Source: Candidatus Parcubacteria bacterium (GTDB taxonomy: Bacteria; Patescibacteriota; Microgenomatia; Levybacterales; GWA1-39-11). Taken from it: a DNA stretch of 64,000 bases. Below, piece after piece: positions 9,365 to 17,781 of this stretch. The notes beneath the pieces were generated by a model that saw only the letters and a list, made by a program, of their open reading frames with translations, ran no database searches and was not told the DNA's origin. The position numbers and the translations under genes are program-made. The number at the start of each line of letters is the position of its first letter. The stretch's first letter is position 1. Where the stretch lies: contig QZIP01000015.1 of the NCBI GenBank assembly GCA_003599595.1, positions 4,379 through 68,378 of the forward strand, written 5' to 3'.

Positions 9365-10660
9365 ATGAAAACATATAATTGGCCATTGATGCAGTCTAAT
9401 TTCCACTCAGATGATTTTGAGGCAATAGTACGTTTGTTGGAACGACCAGGGGTTCCTGGTTGGAATACAGATGTTCGTTTAACTCAAGGAAGTGAAGTTA
9501 AAAAGTTTGAAGATGAATGGTCTAAATGGCTTGGTGTAAAACATTCTGTATTTGTTAATTCTGGATCGTCAGCTAATTTGTTGACGATGGCTGCTTTAAA
9601 AGAACAGAAACCAAAAGTAGAAGATTGTCAATATTGCGGTGGTAGAGGAGTAATAGCAACTGGTCCAAATGATATATGCGATTTTGATGTATGTCCACAA
9701 TGTCACCCAAGTGGAAAAATATTGGTTCCGGTAGTAACTTGGGTTAGCGATATTACAAGTGTGTTACATGCTAATTATTCACCTGTGTTTGTAGATATTG
9801 ATCCTACAACATTAGGAATGTGTAATCAGTCTGTGATCAAGCTTATCAAAAAAGAATGTCCTTTAGCTGTATTTCTTACTCATTGCATGGGTCTAAACGC
9901 AATAGTGGATCAAGATTTTTATAAGTTGTTCTTTGATAAGAAAATATTATTGATTGAAGATTGTTGTGAATCAGTTGGAACTAGAACTCGTTGGGCTGGT
10001 CGTAAACATAAAGTTGGTACATTTGGACTAGCTTCCAACTTCTCTTTTTATTACGCTCATCATCTAACGACTATTGAAGGTGGAATGATTTGTACAGATG
10101 ATGATATGTTTGCAGCTGTTGTGAGAAGTCTTAGAGGTCATGGAATGAGAAGAGAGTCCCCTGCGTTTAATCATTTACCTAAGCCAGAAGATTTAGATCC
10201 AGAGTTTATTTTTGATTACGATGGATATAATTGTCGTAGTACTGAAATAAATGCAGTAATTGGAAGTAGTCAGTTAAAGAGATTGGATGAAGGAATTGAA
10301 AAGCGAAGAGAGAATTTCAAGTTGTTTTTAGAAAATCTTGATTCTTCTAAATACCAAACTGATTTTGAAACTGAAGGAAGTAGCCCATATGGGCTTATAT
10401 TAGTACTGAGGAATAATGATAAAACTCTCCGAGATAGTGTATGCAGTTATTTACAGAGCCAAGGGATCGAATATCGAAGGGGCGTCGCTGGAGGAGGAAA
10501 TCAACTCCGGCAACCTTATTTGCGTCGGCGCTACGGAACGATATATGCCGAATTCCCCAACGCAGAACACGTCCACTTCAACGGATTCTGTATCGGAAAC
10601 TGGCCAGACTTAAAACATGAAGATATACTAAGATTGTGTGAGTCATTGAATAAATTATGA
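9365..10660 (+). CDS. DegT/DnrJ/EryC1-family PLP/PMP enzyme, probable sugar 3-dehydratase type (His replaces Schiff-base Lys)
   Basis: SGSSANLL is present, and NFSFYYAHHLTTIEGG sits where aminotransferases have SFxxxK. There is an inserted Cys4 ribbon (CQYCGG...CPQC). Codon usage is GC-rich over about 10440-10615. Confidence 0.7.
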   Translation: MKTYNWPLMQSNFHSDDFEAIVRLLERPGVPGWNTDVRLTQGSEVKKFEDEWSKWLGVKHSVFVNSGSSANLLTMAALKEQKPKVEDCQYCGGRGVIATGPNDICDFDVCPQCHPSGKILVPVVTWVSDITSVLHANYSPVFVDIDPTTLGMCNQSVIKLIKKECPLAVFLTHCMGLNAIVDQDFYKLFFDKKILLIEDCCESVGTRTRWAGRKHKVGTFGLASNFSFYYAHHLTTIEGGMICTDDDMFAAVVRSLRGHGMRRESPAFNHLPKPEDLDPEFIFDYDGYNCRSTEINAVIGSSQLKRLDEGIEKRRENFKLFLENLDSSKYQTDFETEGSSPYGLILVLRNNDKTLRDSVCSYLQSQGIEYRRGVAGGGNQLRQPYLRRRYGTIYAEFPNAEHVHFNGFCIGNWPDLKHEDILRLCESLNKL

Positions 10661-11607
10661 TCATTGTCCGTGTTCCATTTAGAGTTTCATTGTTTGGAGG
10701 TTCTACCGACTACGAATCTTTCTACAAGCACCACGGTTCTTTTTTAATAGGAGGCACAATAGACAAGTATATTTATTTGTCTATGAGGTATAGACCTAAG
10801 CTACTGTCTGAAAAAAGCTTGGTTGTTTATTCTAAGATGGAAGAGGTAAGGGATTTCGATGAAATAACTAATCCTTTGATCAGAGAAATATTGAAATTTA
10901 GGAATATTAGTAAGACAGTTGAGTTTCATTCCTTTTCTGATATCAGAGCTAGAACTGGTTTAGGGGGATCTTCTTCTTATTGTGTAGGTTTGTTGTATTT
11001 GTTGGATCAGTTAACAAATTCCGTCATAGCCAAAAAACAACTTGTTCGTGATGCTATTCATGTTGAACGTTACATTTTAAAAGAGTCTGGAGGTATCCAA
11101 GATCAGATTTGGCCAGTGTATGGTGGATTGAACACAATAGAAATAACAAATGAAGGTAATTTCTTTGTTAAGCCGCTTTCATTGTCAGAAGATTTTGTCA
11201 AAGAGTTTGAAAGTAATCTTTTATTGATTTATACTGGAAAACAAAGGGACTGTGGTAGTGTGGCTGATTCTCATGATGGCAAAGATAAAATAGCCATACT
11301 ACAGTTAGCTAAAGAAGCACATGGTAGTTTGTTGAAAGAAAATATTGAGAAAATTGGATCTTTGGTTTATCAATCTTGGAAAGAAAAATTAAACATTTCA
11401 AATTTGATATCTACTTCTGAAGTTGACGCGATAATAGATCATGTAATGAGTCGTGGAGCATATGGCGCTAAGTTGTTAGGGGCTGGTGGATGTGGGTTTG
11501 TGGTTTGTGTATGTAATCCTAAGTTGAAACAAGAGTTTTCAGAATATTTTAATGGTAAAACTTTAGATTTTGAATTTGAAAACAAAGGTGTAACAAGGAT
11601 TTATTAA
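10657..11607 (+). CDS. GHMP-family sugar kinase (HddA / heptose-7-P kinase-like)
   Basis: N-terminal VPFRVSLFGGSTDY and the GHMP motif GLGGSSSYCVG. Confidence 0.75.
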   Translation: MIIVRVPFRVSLFGGSTDYESFYKHHGSFLIGGTIDKYIYLSMRYRPKLLSEKSLVVYSKMEEVRDFDEITNPLIREILKFRNISKTVEFHSFSDIRARTGLGGSSSYCVGLLYLLDQLTNSVIAKKQLVRDAIHVERYILKESGGIQDQIWPVYGGLNTIEITNEGNFFVKPLSLSEDFVKEFESNLLLIYTGKQRDCGSVADSHDGKDKIAILQLAKEAHGSLLKENIEKIGSLVYQSWKEKLNISNLISTSEVDAIIDHVMSRGAYGAKLLGAGGCGFVVCVCNPKLKQEFSEYFNGKTLDFEFENKGVTRIY

Positions 11608-11655
11608 TAGATGTAAAGTTTTTGTTTTGTAATCTTTAATGTATTGGAGAGAAGA

Positions 11656-11937
11656 ATGAATATGTATGTTCCTCGTAATGATTTCGTTGTAGTTAGATTG
11701 ATTGATTTAGGGAAGTCTGCTGCTGGTGTGATCATACCCAGTATATCGAGAGAGGGAAAGGAAATGAGGGTAGTTGCTATTGGTGATAAAGTTGAGAATC
11801 TTAAAATTGGTGATTCAGTATTGATTTCTCAGAGTGTTGATACATTCCCATTACCAAACGAAAAGGATTTGTTTGCAGTTAAGCAGGATTGTATTGCTGT
11901 TGTGATTAGTGAAAATGTTGAAGAGTCTGTGTGTTGA
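11656..11937 (+). CDS. groES: co-chaperonin GroES (Cpn10)
   Basis: PRNDFVVVRL...SAAGVIIP...VVAIGD matches the GroES mobile-loop and core pattern. Start moved to the ATG after the GGAGAG RBS. Confidence 0.8.
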   Translation: MNMYVPRNDFVVVRLIDLGKSAAGVIIPSISREGKEMRVVAIGDKVENLKIGDSVLISQSVDTFPLPNEKDLFAVKQDCIAVVISENVEESVC

Positions 11938-11979
11938 AGATCATAAATTACCACAGTTTTGTGGTATTGAGGAAATATA

Positions 11980-12657
11980 ATGATTGAGTATCCTTTGTTG
12001 AAAATGGATGAGAAGTATGGGACCCCAGATGCAGATGCAGATGTATTCCTCACTAATTTTAATATACCAGCACCTGCAAAGGTGTTAGTTGTTGGTGATA
12101 ATGAGGAAAATGTTGCTAATATATTAACTGACAATGGATATGATGTTACAGGAGTGGATTTAAGAGAATTACCAGAAGGAACATTTTGCAATCATAAAAG
12201 GATAATTGGTGATTTTTGCGATTTAGAATTGGAAATGAATAGTTACGATGTTATTATATGTTTGTCAGCATTGGAACATTTTGGATTGAGTGCTTATGGT
12301 GATAAAAAGTATTTACCAAATCACGACATTGCAGCAATGTATTATATGTGGAGATTAGTGAAGTCAGGAGGTTCAGTTTTTGTTACAGTACCGTTTGGTA
12401 CTGGTTATATGGAATTAAGAGGTGATTGGAGAGTGTATAGTACAGTTGCTGTAAAATCCAGAATAATACAGAAATTTAACACTAGTCAGTATGTGTGTTT
12501 TACATCTGGGCCATGTGCAATAAATGGAGAATTCCGTCCAGCAAGGGCTTATGTTTCTATGGAAGAAGCCACAGAATATTGTGGTGATCCGCCACATGTT
12601 ACTTTATTTTTGGCGATGAATAAACCAACTGAGGTTAAGAATGTCTCTCAAAACTAA
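11980..12657 (+). CDS. class I SAM-dependent methyltransferase-like protein
   Basis: VLVVGDNEENVA...GYDVTGVDL resembles motifs I and II of Rossmann-fold methyltransferases. Confidence 0.5.
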   Translation: MIEYPLLKMDEKYGTPDADADVFLTNFNIPAPAKVLVVGDNEENVANILTDNGYDVTGVDLRELPEGTFCNHKRIIGDFCDLELEMNSYDVIICLSALEHFGLSAYGDKKYLPNHDIAAMYYMWRLVKSGGSVFVTVPFGTGYMELRGDWRVYSTVAVKSRIIQKFNTSQYVCFTSGPCAINGEFRPARAYVSMEEATEYCGDPPHVTLFLAMNKPTEVKNVSQN

Positions 12658-12859
12658 ATTCTTTATCACTTGTGAAATATGTGGTGTAGAAAAGGAATTA
12701 GACAGAGTGTATGGATATTATTATTCATTTATGGCATGCACCCCAAACAATCAACCAGGTAAATTGTGTGTCATGGATGGTTTTATGTGTAAAGAAATAG
12801 AACTGTGTCAAGTTTGTGGTGGCAAAGTAAGTGATTTTATTAAGAGTAGTAAGTCTTAA
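12641..12859 (+). CDS. small zinc-ribbon protein
   Basis: Paired CEICG...CQVCG CxxC motifs. Confidence 0.45.
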   Translation: MSLKTKFFITCEICGVEKELDRVYGYYYSFMACTPNNQPGKLCVMDGFMCKEIELCQVCGGKVSDFIKSSKS

Positions 12860-12874
12860 TTTCTTTTAGAGGAG

Positions 12875-13396
12875 ATGAAAATGTTTGAAAGTCTGATTCC
12901 GCAGATGAGTGATTTGAATGTACAAGTTCCAGTAAGTTATATTGTAACTGCTGTGGCAGTACTATTTGGTACTTATTGGACAGTGTCTAAGTTGTTTACA
13001 ATGGCTAAGTTGATGGTTGCTTTTGTGTTTACTCGGTTCTCGCTTGCTATGTTAGGTTCTGGAGCATTATTTTTAACTGGATTAGCTGGATTGGGTAATT
13101 CTACCAGCAATATTGTAAAAGATTCTAATTCAGAACCTAAAGATGGGTATGTGTATTCTAGCGCTGTTATGAGAATTCTTACCAACCCACAGCAAGATAT
13201 TGAGACTAAGAAGCTCGCGTTTGAGTATGCTAAAATGCAAGATTCTAAGATGTCTACTCAATATATAAGCACTGATAATAACGTCCCAACTAAGAATGTA
13301 AGCAAGACAGGTTATTGGACTATGTTTACTACCAGTATGGGAATGGTTCTTATGAGTATTGTTTGGATGTGTCGTAGATGGCATGAAGTAGCTTAA
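12875..13396 (+). CDS. membrane protein
   Basis: GAGGAG RBS upstream, several hydrophobic helices, and a hairpin terminator downstream. Confidence 0.6.
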   Translation: MKMFESLIPQMSDLNVQVPVSYIVTAVAVLFGTYWTVSKLFTMAKLMVAFVFTRFSLAMLGSGALFLTGLAGLGNSTSNIVKDSNSEPKDGYVYSSAVMRILTNPQQDIETKKLAFEYAKMQDSKMSTQYISTDNNVPTKNVSKTGYWTMFTTSMGMVLMSIVWMCRRWHEVA

Positions 13397-13415
13397 TCAC
13401 AATTTAATATGAGAT

Positions 13416-13446
13416 GGTAGGATCGCCCACCTACCTTCTCTTTTCC
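13416..13446 (+). terminator. rho-independent terminator
   Basis: GGTAGG-atcgccca-CCTACC hairpin followed by a T-rich tract. Confidence 0.55.
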
Positions 13447-13461
13447 TGAGGAGGAAAAGAT

Positions 13462-14007
13462 ATGTCATTTTTCGATTGGTTCAAACCAGATCCATCTAAG
13501 CTTCCAGAAAATAAGAAGATATCTGTACAACAATTCCAATTAGGTTCTGGTGCTGTAAATTCAGGATATATTGCTTGTAATGTTCTCACAAAAAATGATA
13601 TTTTAAATACAGTCCCTGGTTTTGATCCATCTCTTCCACATACAGAATGTAGCGTATGTCACAAGACCAGAAATGTATACAATCCATATAATGGACCTTT
13701 GTATCCATGTCCAGATTGTGAGAAGAAACAGAAGTCTGTAATTAGTTTGGATGATCTAACAAATAAGATAATTCAAACCCAACAGAAGATGCAAGAGATT
13801 GAGGAAAAGCTTAAAGAAACAACTCCTAAACGTGTATTTGCTACTGGTATAATGCCTTATGGTACATTAGCTTCTGTATCTTACACATTAGCTTCTGGAC
13901 TTTTAACATTACAATCTGGGGATTACGTTCAGCTTAATGTATGTTCTGGAATGGTGTATATTCCAACACCTAACATATATGATGGTTATAGATATTGTTG
14001 TTCGTAG
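13462..14007 (+). CDS. hypothetical protein with zinc ribbon (CSVC...CPDC)
   Basis: GAGGAGG RBS upstream. Four Cys in CxxC pairs and a coiled-coil segment. Confidence 0.55.
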   Translation: MSFFDWFKPDPSKLPENKKISVQQFQLGSGAVNSGYIACNVLTKNDILNTVPGFDPSLPHTECSVCHKTRNVYNPYNGPLYPCPDCEKKQKSVISLDDLTNKIIQTQQKMQEIEEKLKETTPKRVFATGIMPYGTLASVSYTLASGLLTLQSGDYVQLNVCSGMVYIPTPNIYDGYRYCCS

Positions 14008-14013
14008 AAAATA

Positions 14014-14448
14014 TTGTTTTTTATAGAGAATAGGAGGACAGTTTTATGCCAAAACTGTATTCTTTTTGATTGTGATGAAACTCTGGAAATTTCAAACGGA
14101 CCTGTGAAGCTTCAATCTTTAGTTGATTTAAGAATAGCAGGGCATGTGGTAGGAATTTGTGGAAATTGGGGTCTTTTTGTGAAGATTCCTGGTTGGCAAC
14201 ACATAGCATCATTTATCAATTGTTGTTTGGTAGTGCAAGATCAAAATGGAAATATATATGGAGATAAAGCTTGGTTTTTATCTGAATTGAAAAAGTATAT
14301 TCCAGCAGATGAATATGTGCATGTGGGGAACGAGTTTGGAAGGACAAATAGTCTGGGATTTGTATGTGGTTCTCATGATGGGGATGCTGCTAGAAAAGCA
14401 AATTGGCGTTTCCTGCTAGAAGACGAATTCAGTAGAGGTATGAGATAG
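14014..14448 (+). CDS. HAD-superfamily hydrolase-like protein
   Basis: ILFDCDETL matches the DxDxT motif I. The start codon is uncertain: the track uses a TTG, and a strong RBS+ATG lies out of frame at 14046. Confidence 0.45.
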   Translation: MFFIENRRTVLCQNCILFDCDETLEISNGPVKLQSLVDLRIAGHVVGICGNWGLFVKIPGWQHIASFINCCLVVQDQNGNIYGDKAWFLSELKKYIPADEYVHVGNEFGRTNSLGFVCGSHDGDAARKANWRFLLEDEFSRGMR

Positions 14449-14456
14449 GAGGTAAT

Positions 14457-15428
14457 ATGTCTAGAAAATCTAGAATTAGCCCATCTGATTTAGAAAATTG
14501 GGTTGATGGTGAACAGAATAAGCACATTTGTGATTGTGGATGTAAAGAATATATTCAGGTTTTGCCACAACATTGGTATAGCGGTATCCCAAAATGTATT
14601 TCTAGACATAATTTACACAAACCTAGGGCAAAGAAATGGTTGTATCCAATAGGATATAAAATTGGGAGATTATTGTTAAGAACTCCTACAGTTGTTGAGA
14701 GTGGAAGAAAAGCTTGGGTTTGCGACTGTGAATGTGGTAATGAAAAGACTATTGTTGAATACACGTTAGGGAGAGTTCAATCTTGTGGCTGTTTACAAAA
14801 AGAGGCTAGGAAAAGACCTTGGACTAAAAAGCAAAGGGAAAGATTTTCCGACTTGAGGAAAGACATGTATAGACTAGGATTATACAAAATGCCTGAGAAT
14901 AAAGGAGGATTAGGCAGAATACAACCACAAGAAGAAAAAGATAAAAGAGCTAACTCTTTAAGGGGTAAAAAAAGAACTTTAGATCAGTGTTTGAACATTT
15001 CAAATGGGTTAAAAGGATATTATTCTGATCCCAAAAACGTTGAGTTGTTGAGACAAAGAACTTTGGAATCATGGAAAGATCCAGTAATTGCATCAAAAAG
15101 AATTTCTGCAATGTTAGCCAGTTCTTTAGTATTGCCAAACAAGTTAGAAAAATGGATGATGTGTATATTAGAGAGTATGTATCCTGATGAATGGAGATAT
15201 GTTGGAGACGGTAAATTAATACTTGGACACAAATGTCCTGATTTTATCCACAAGACAAGAAATTTGATTATAGAAACTTTTGGTGTGTATTGGCATGAAA
15301 AAGAAGACGAGCCATTAAGAATTAGTCAATTTGATAAAATTGGGTTCAAAACACTGGTAATTTGGGAAGGGACAGATGAGGCAACATCAAGAAATATGAT
15401 TAAAGAATTTGTTGAGGAGGTACGTTAA
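14457..15428 (+). CDS. free-standing homing endonuclease (NUMOD3-like repeats + Vsr/PD-(D/E)XK-like C-terminal nuclease)
   Basis: The C-terminus (CPDFIH...IETFGVYWHEKED...LVIWE) is paralogous to the C-terminus of 53573..54403. Basic NUMOD-like repeats lie in the middle. Confidence 0.6.
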   Translation: MSRKSRISPSDLENWVDGEQNKHICDCGCKEYIQVLPQHWYSGIPKCISRHNLHKPRAKKWLYPIGYKIGRLLLRTPTVVESGRKAWVCDCECGNEKTIVEYTLGRVQSCGCLQKEARKRPWTKKQRERFSDLRKDMYRLGLYKMPENKGGLGRIQPQEEKDKRANSLRGKKRTLDQCLNISNGLKGYYSDPKNVELLRQRTLESWKDPVIASKRISAMLASSLVLPNKLEKWMMCILESMYPDEWRYVGDGKLILGHKCPDFIHKTRNLIIETFGVYWHEKEDEPLRISQFDKIGFKTLVIWEGTDEATSRNMIKEFVEEVR

Positions 15429-15863
15429 ATGGCATCATGTTGTAATAATTATCCTGGGAAGAATTATTGTGCTGATTGTGGAGCAAATTTAGCTGCTGTT
15501 CAATCTGGATCTGGTTCTTATAGATCAGTTCCACTATTCCATTCTGGTTCAATATCAATAGGATATCCTTATTCTGGCTCTATTATTTGTGGTTCTATTC
15601 CATCTGGTTTAGTAATGTCTGGTATGTATACTGGTGGAACGCTACAATCAGGTTCCATTTGTTCTGGTACTATTAATCTTAATGGTTCTTCATCTGGAAC
15701 TTATATTTCTGGAATCATGGGTGGATTAACAGGCAGAAATTTTCATTATGGTGTCAGTGGTCGTATGCTAGGAAAGCCGTCTGCATTTAAACAAGATCCA
15801 TCTGACCAAGTTGTTTCTATTCCCAAAAAGAAAAACCCATTTTACGTTCATAATGAGTGGTAA
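15429..15863 (+). CDS. Ser/Gly-rich repeat protein with N-terminal zinc ribbon and C-terminal KKNPFY motif
   Basis: CCNN...CADCG, then reiterated SGS(I/Y) units. The protein ends PKKKNPFYVHNEW. Confidence 0.55.
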   Translation: MASCCNNYPGKNYCADCGANLAAVQSGSGSYRSVPLFHSGSISIGYPYSGSIICGSIPSGLVMSGMYTGGTLQSGSICSGTINLNGSSSGTYISGIMGGLTGRNFHYGVSGRMLGKPSAFKQDPSDQVVSIPKKKNPFYVHNEW

Positions 15864-15866
15864 ATA

Positions 15867-16832
15867 ATGAGTGAAATACTACAACCTTTTTTCCCTTATA
15901 ATGGTGGTATATTTGCTACTGTTATTCTTCCTTCAAGGAAAAGACCTGCTTTATTGTGTAAAGCAATAGATTCTATCTATAGTTTGGCTGTAAATAAGAA
16001 TCATATTGAATTTATTGTTAAGGCTGATAGTGATGACCAAGAAACTCTTGATCTTTGTGAAAAACTTAGAAATTCTATCAATTTGAAAGTATTGGTGACC
16101 GATAGAGAAGATGGTTATTTGGGAATGCATAGATGGATAAACGAAATTGCACTAAAGCATGCAAAGGGTGATTGGTTATTTTTGTTTACAGATGATGCTA
16201 TTTTTGCTGGAGATGAATATCCAGAAGTAAGTGCTCAGAATTGGGACCAAAAACTGTTTGTTACAGCATTTGATAATACAGCTACTTGGCATGGTTGTCC
16301 TGATATATGTTCTTTAATCTGTTCTACATCTACTAGATCGTTTTCAGATTTCATTTTTGTTAGACGAAAAGTCATAGAAATATTAGGACATTATTCTCCT
16401 ATAACATGGACAAATATATATCTTCAAGCGGTATTGTGTTTTATCTCTTCTTCTTTTAGATACCAATTAGGTGTAATACACAATAGGGAAAATGATAGAG
16501 CAGAAGATGAGGATATTTCAAGAAAAATTGCTCTGTTACAGGTAAATAATATTGAGGGAATTGAATTAAGAGCAAAAGATACTAAAAAACTAATATCCTA
16601 TATTGAGGATTGGAGAAGGAAGAGATGTGCAATTTGTAGAAAGTATTTGACTGAAGAATATTGGCTTCCAAGTGAAACCAAATCTTATATCAGGCTAGAT
16701 TCAGGTTGCCATCATGGTGAATTCAACGTTTGCATCAATTGTGCCGACTATAATAGTTCTAGAAAGGCCGATTGTCCTATTTGCGGGTTAGAAACGGCAA
16801 TTCCAAGGGAAGAATTGGTTATTACATTTTAG
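15867..16832 (+). CDS. GT-A-like glycosyltransferase fused to a C-terminal RING-like Cys/His zinc finger
   Basis: The N-domain is paralogous to 2236..2985. The C-terminus reads CAICRKY...CHHGEFNVCINC...CPICG. Confidence 0.5.
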   Translation: MSEILQPFFPYNGGIFATVILPSRKRPALLCKAIDSIYSLAVNKNHIEFIVKADSDDQETLDLCEKLRNSINLKVLVTDREDGYLGMHRWINEIALKHAKGDWLFLFTDDAIFAGDEYPEVSAQNWDQKLFVTAFDNTATWHGCPDICSLICSTSTRSFSDFIFVRRKVIEILGHYSPITWTNIYLQAVLCFISSSFRYQLGVIHNRENDRAEDEDISRKIALLQVNNIEGIELRAKDTKKLISYIEDWRRKRCAICRKYLTEEYWLPSETKSYIRLDSGCHHGEFNVCINCADYNSSRKADCPICGLETAIPREELVITF

Positions 16833-16840
16833 GAGTTGAA

Positions 16841-17068
16841 ATGTCTTATCATATTATTTATCCACCTGATCCAGATTGTGAAAAATGTAAGGGAACAGGA
16901 GATTATTTTACAGAACCTGTTGGGAACATAAGAACATCTCACAGTAGTATATTCAATTCAATAGTTTATTGTGATTGTCGCAGGTATGATAATATTCAAA
17001 AGATTCAAGATAGATGTAACCATAAGTATCAATGTAAATGCACAGAATGTGGAAAGGTGAAAGAATAA
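16841..17068 (+). CDS. small Cys-rich protein (DnaJ-type CxxCxGxG finger)
   Basis: AGGAG RBS followed by an ATG at 16841. CEKCKGTG motif plus further Cys pairs. Confidence 0.5.
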   Translation: MSYHIIYPPDPDCEKCKGTGDYFTEPVGNIRTSHSSIFNSIVYCDCRRYDNIQKIQDRCNHKYQCKCTECGKVKE

Positions 17069-17314
17069 ATGCCAAAACATCCTGGTGGAATGTCTAAGAA
17101 GAAGTCTATTGGAACAGCATGGGAAAGAATTCAATATGCAAGAGCTCGTAAAGTTAGAGGTAATGGTTTAACTCCTTATACTGCAAGACGTCAATATTTT
17201 GGCAGAGCTAGACCTGTAGTTCCATATAATACAGAAATTAGTAATCAAAAGAATTTTATTAGCGAAGAGCGAATGGAAGAATTGGTTGATGCACTCGCTA
17301 AAAAGTTACAGTGA
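17069..17314 (+). CDS. small basic protein
   Basis: TAAATG-coupled ORF that is rich in Lys and Arg. Confidence 0.45.
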   Translation: MPKHPGGMSKKKSIGTAWERIQYARARKVRGNGLTPYTARRQYFGRARPVVPYNTEISNQKNFISEERMEELVDALAKKLQ

Positions 17315-17320
17315 AAACCC

Positions 17321-17347
17321 TAAACTTTTATTTGTTTACAACGTCTA
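17321..17347 (+). promoter_or_regulatory. conserved bipartite promoter-like motif, copy 1 (tAAAC-N14-AACGTCTA)
   Basis: One of four intergenic copies with identical spacing. It lies 22 nt upstream of the 17370 start. Confidence 0.5.
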
Positions 17348-17369
17348 AAGGTTAGAGAGGGTTTAATAA

Positions 17370-17684
17370 ATGATAGTAGTCGGTCCAGGTTACGGTTATT
17401 TAGATTCTATTCCTGAATTAGAAGAAAAGTGGAAACAAGAAACAAGTAAAATTGCAGACTTTATTCTTTTGTGTCTTAATCAAGGTCCATCAAAAGGTCT
17501 TAAAAGGAATGATATTTTAGATTTATACGAAATTGAATGTGAAGATAGAGGAATGACTAGAACTCAAAGACGGGACGCTGTTGATAGTTTTGCTTATAGA
17601 TTTGCTGATGCTGTGTGGAAACTACACAGAGAGTATAAAATAGAATGGTCCCCAGACCATATTTTCTTTTTGAGAAAGAAATAA
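17370..17684 (+). CDS. hypothetical protein
   Basis: First ORF after promoter motif 1. Confidence 0.55.
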   Translation: MIVVGPGYGYLDSIPELEEKWKQETSKIADFILLCLNQGPSKGLKRNDILDLYEIECEDRGMTRTQRRDAVDSFAYRFADAVWKLHREYKIEWSPDHIFFLRKK

Positions 17685-17764
17685 TGCAAAATCTATTTGT
17701 TCAAGGTGATTTTACTCTTAATTCTGGACTAAAGAGTAACTGGAAAATAGTGTTAGACATTTGA
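17684..17764 (+). pseudogene. 26-codon remnant of a PyrE-like phosphoribosyltransferase N-terminus
   Basis: MQNLFVQGDFTLNSGLKSNWKIVLDI* parallels ELFRSGNYRLHSGEMSTYKIDCSV inside 17782..18861. It also matches the OPRT motif GxFxLxSGxxS. Confidence 0.5.
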
Positions 17765-17781
17765 AATAAGAATAATTATAA

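Noticed and set aside
14033-14075. A strong AGGAGG RBS with an ATG at 14046 opens a 7-codon frame. That frame ends at TTT-TGA, inside the first codons of the HAD-like ORF, and suggested a +1 frameshift of the prfB type.
   Set aside because: The Shine-Dalgarno-like element is about 25 nt from the putative shift site, too far to stimulate a prfB-type frameshift. A TTG start at 14014, or simple translational coupling, explains the arrangement equally well. I keep it only as a start-codon uncertainty.
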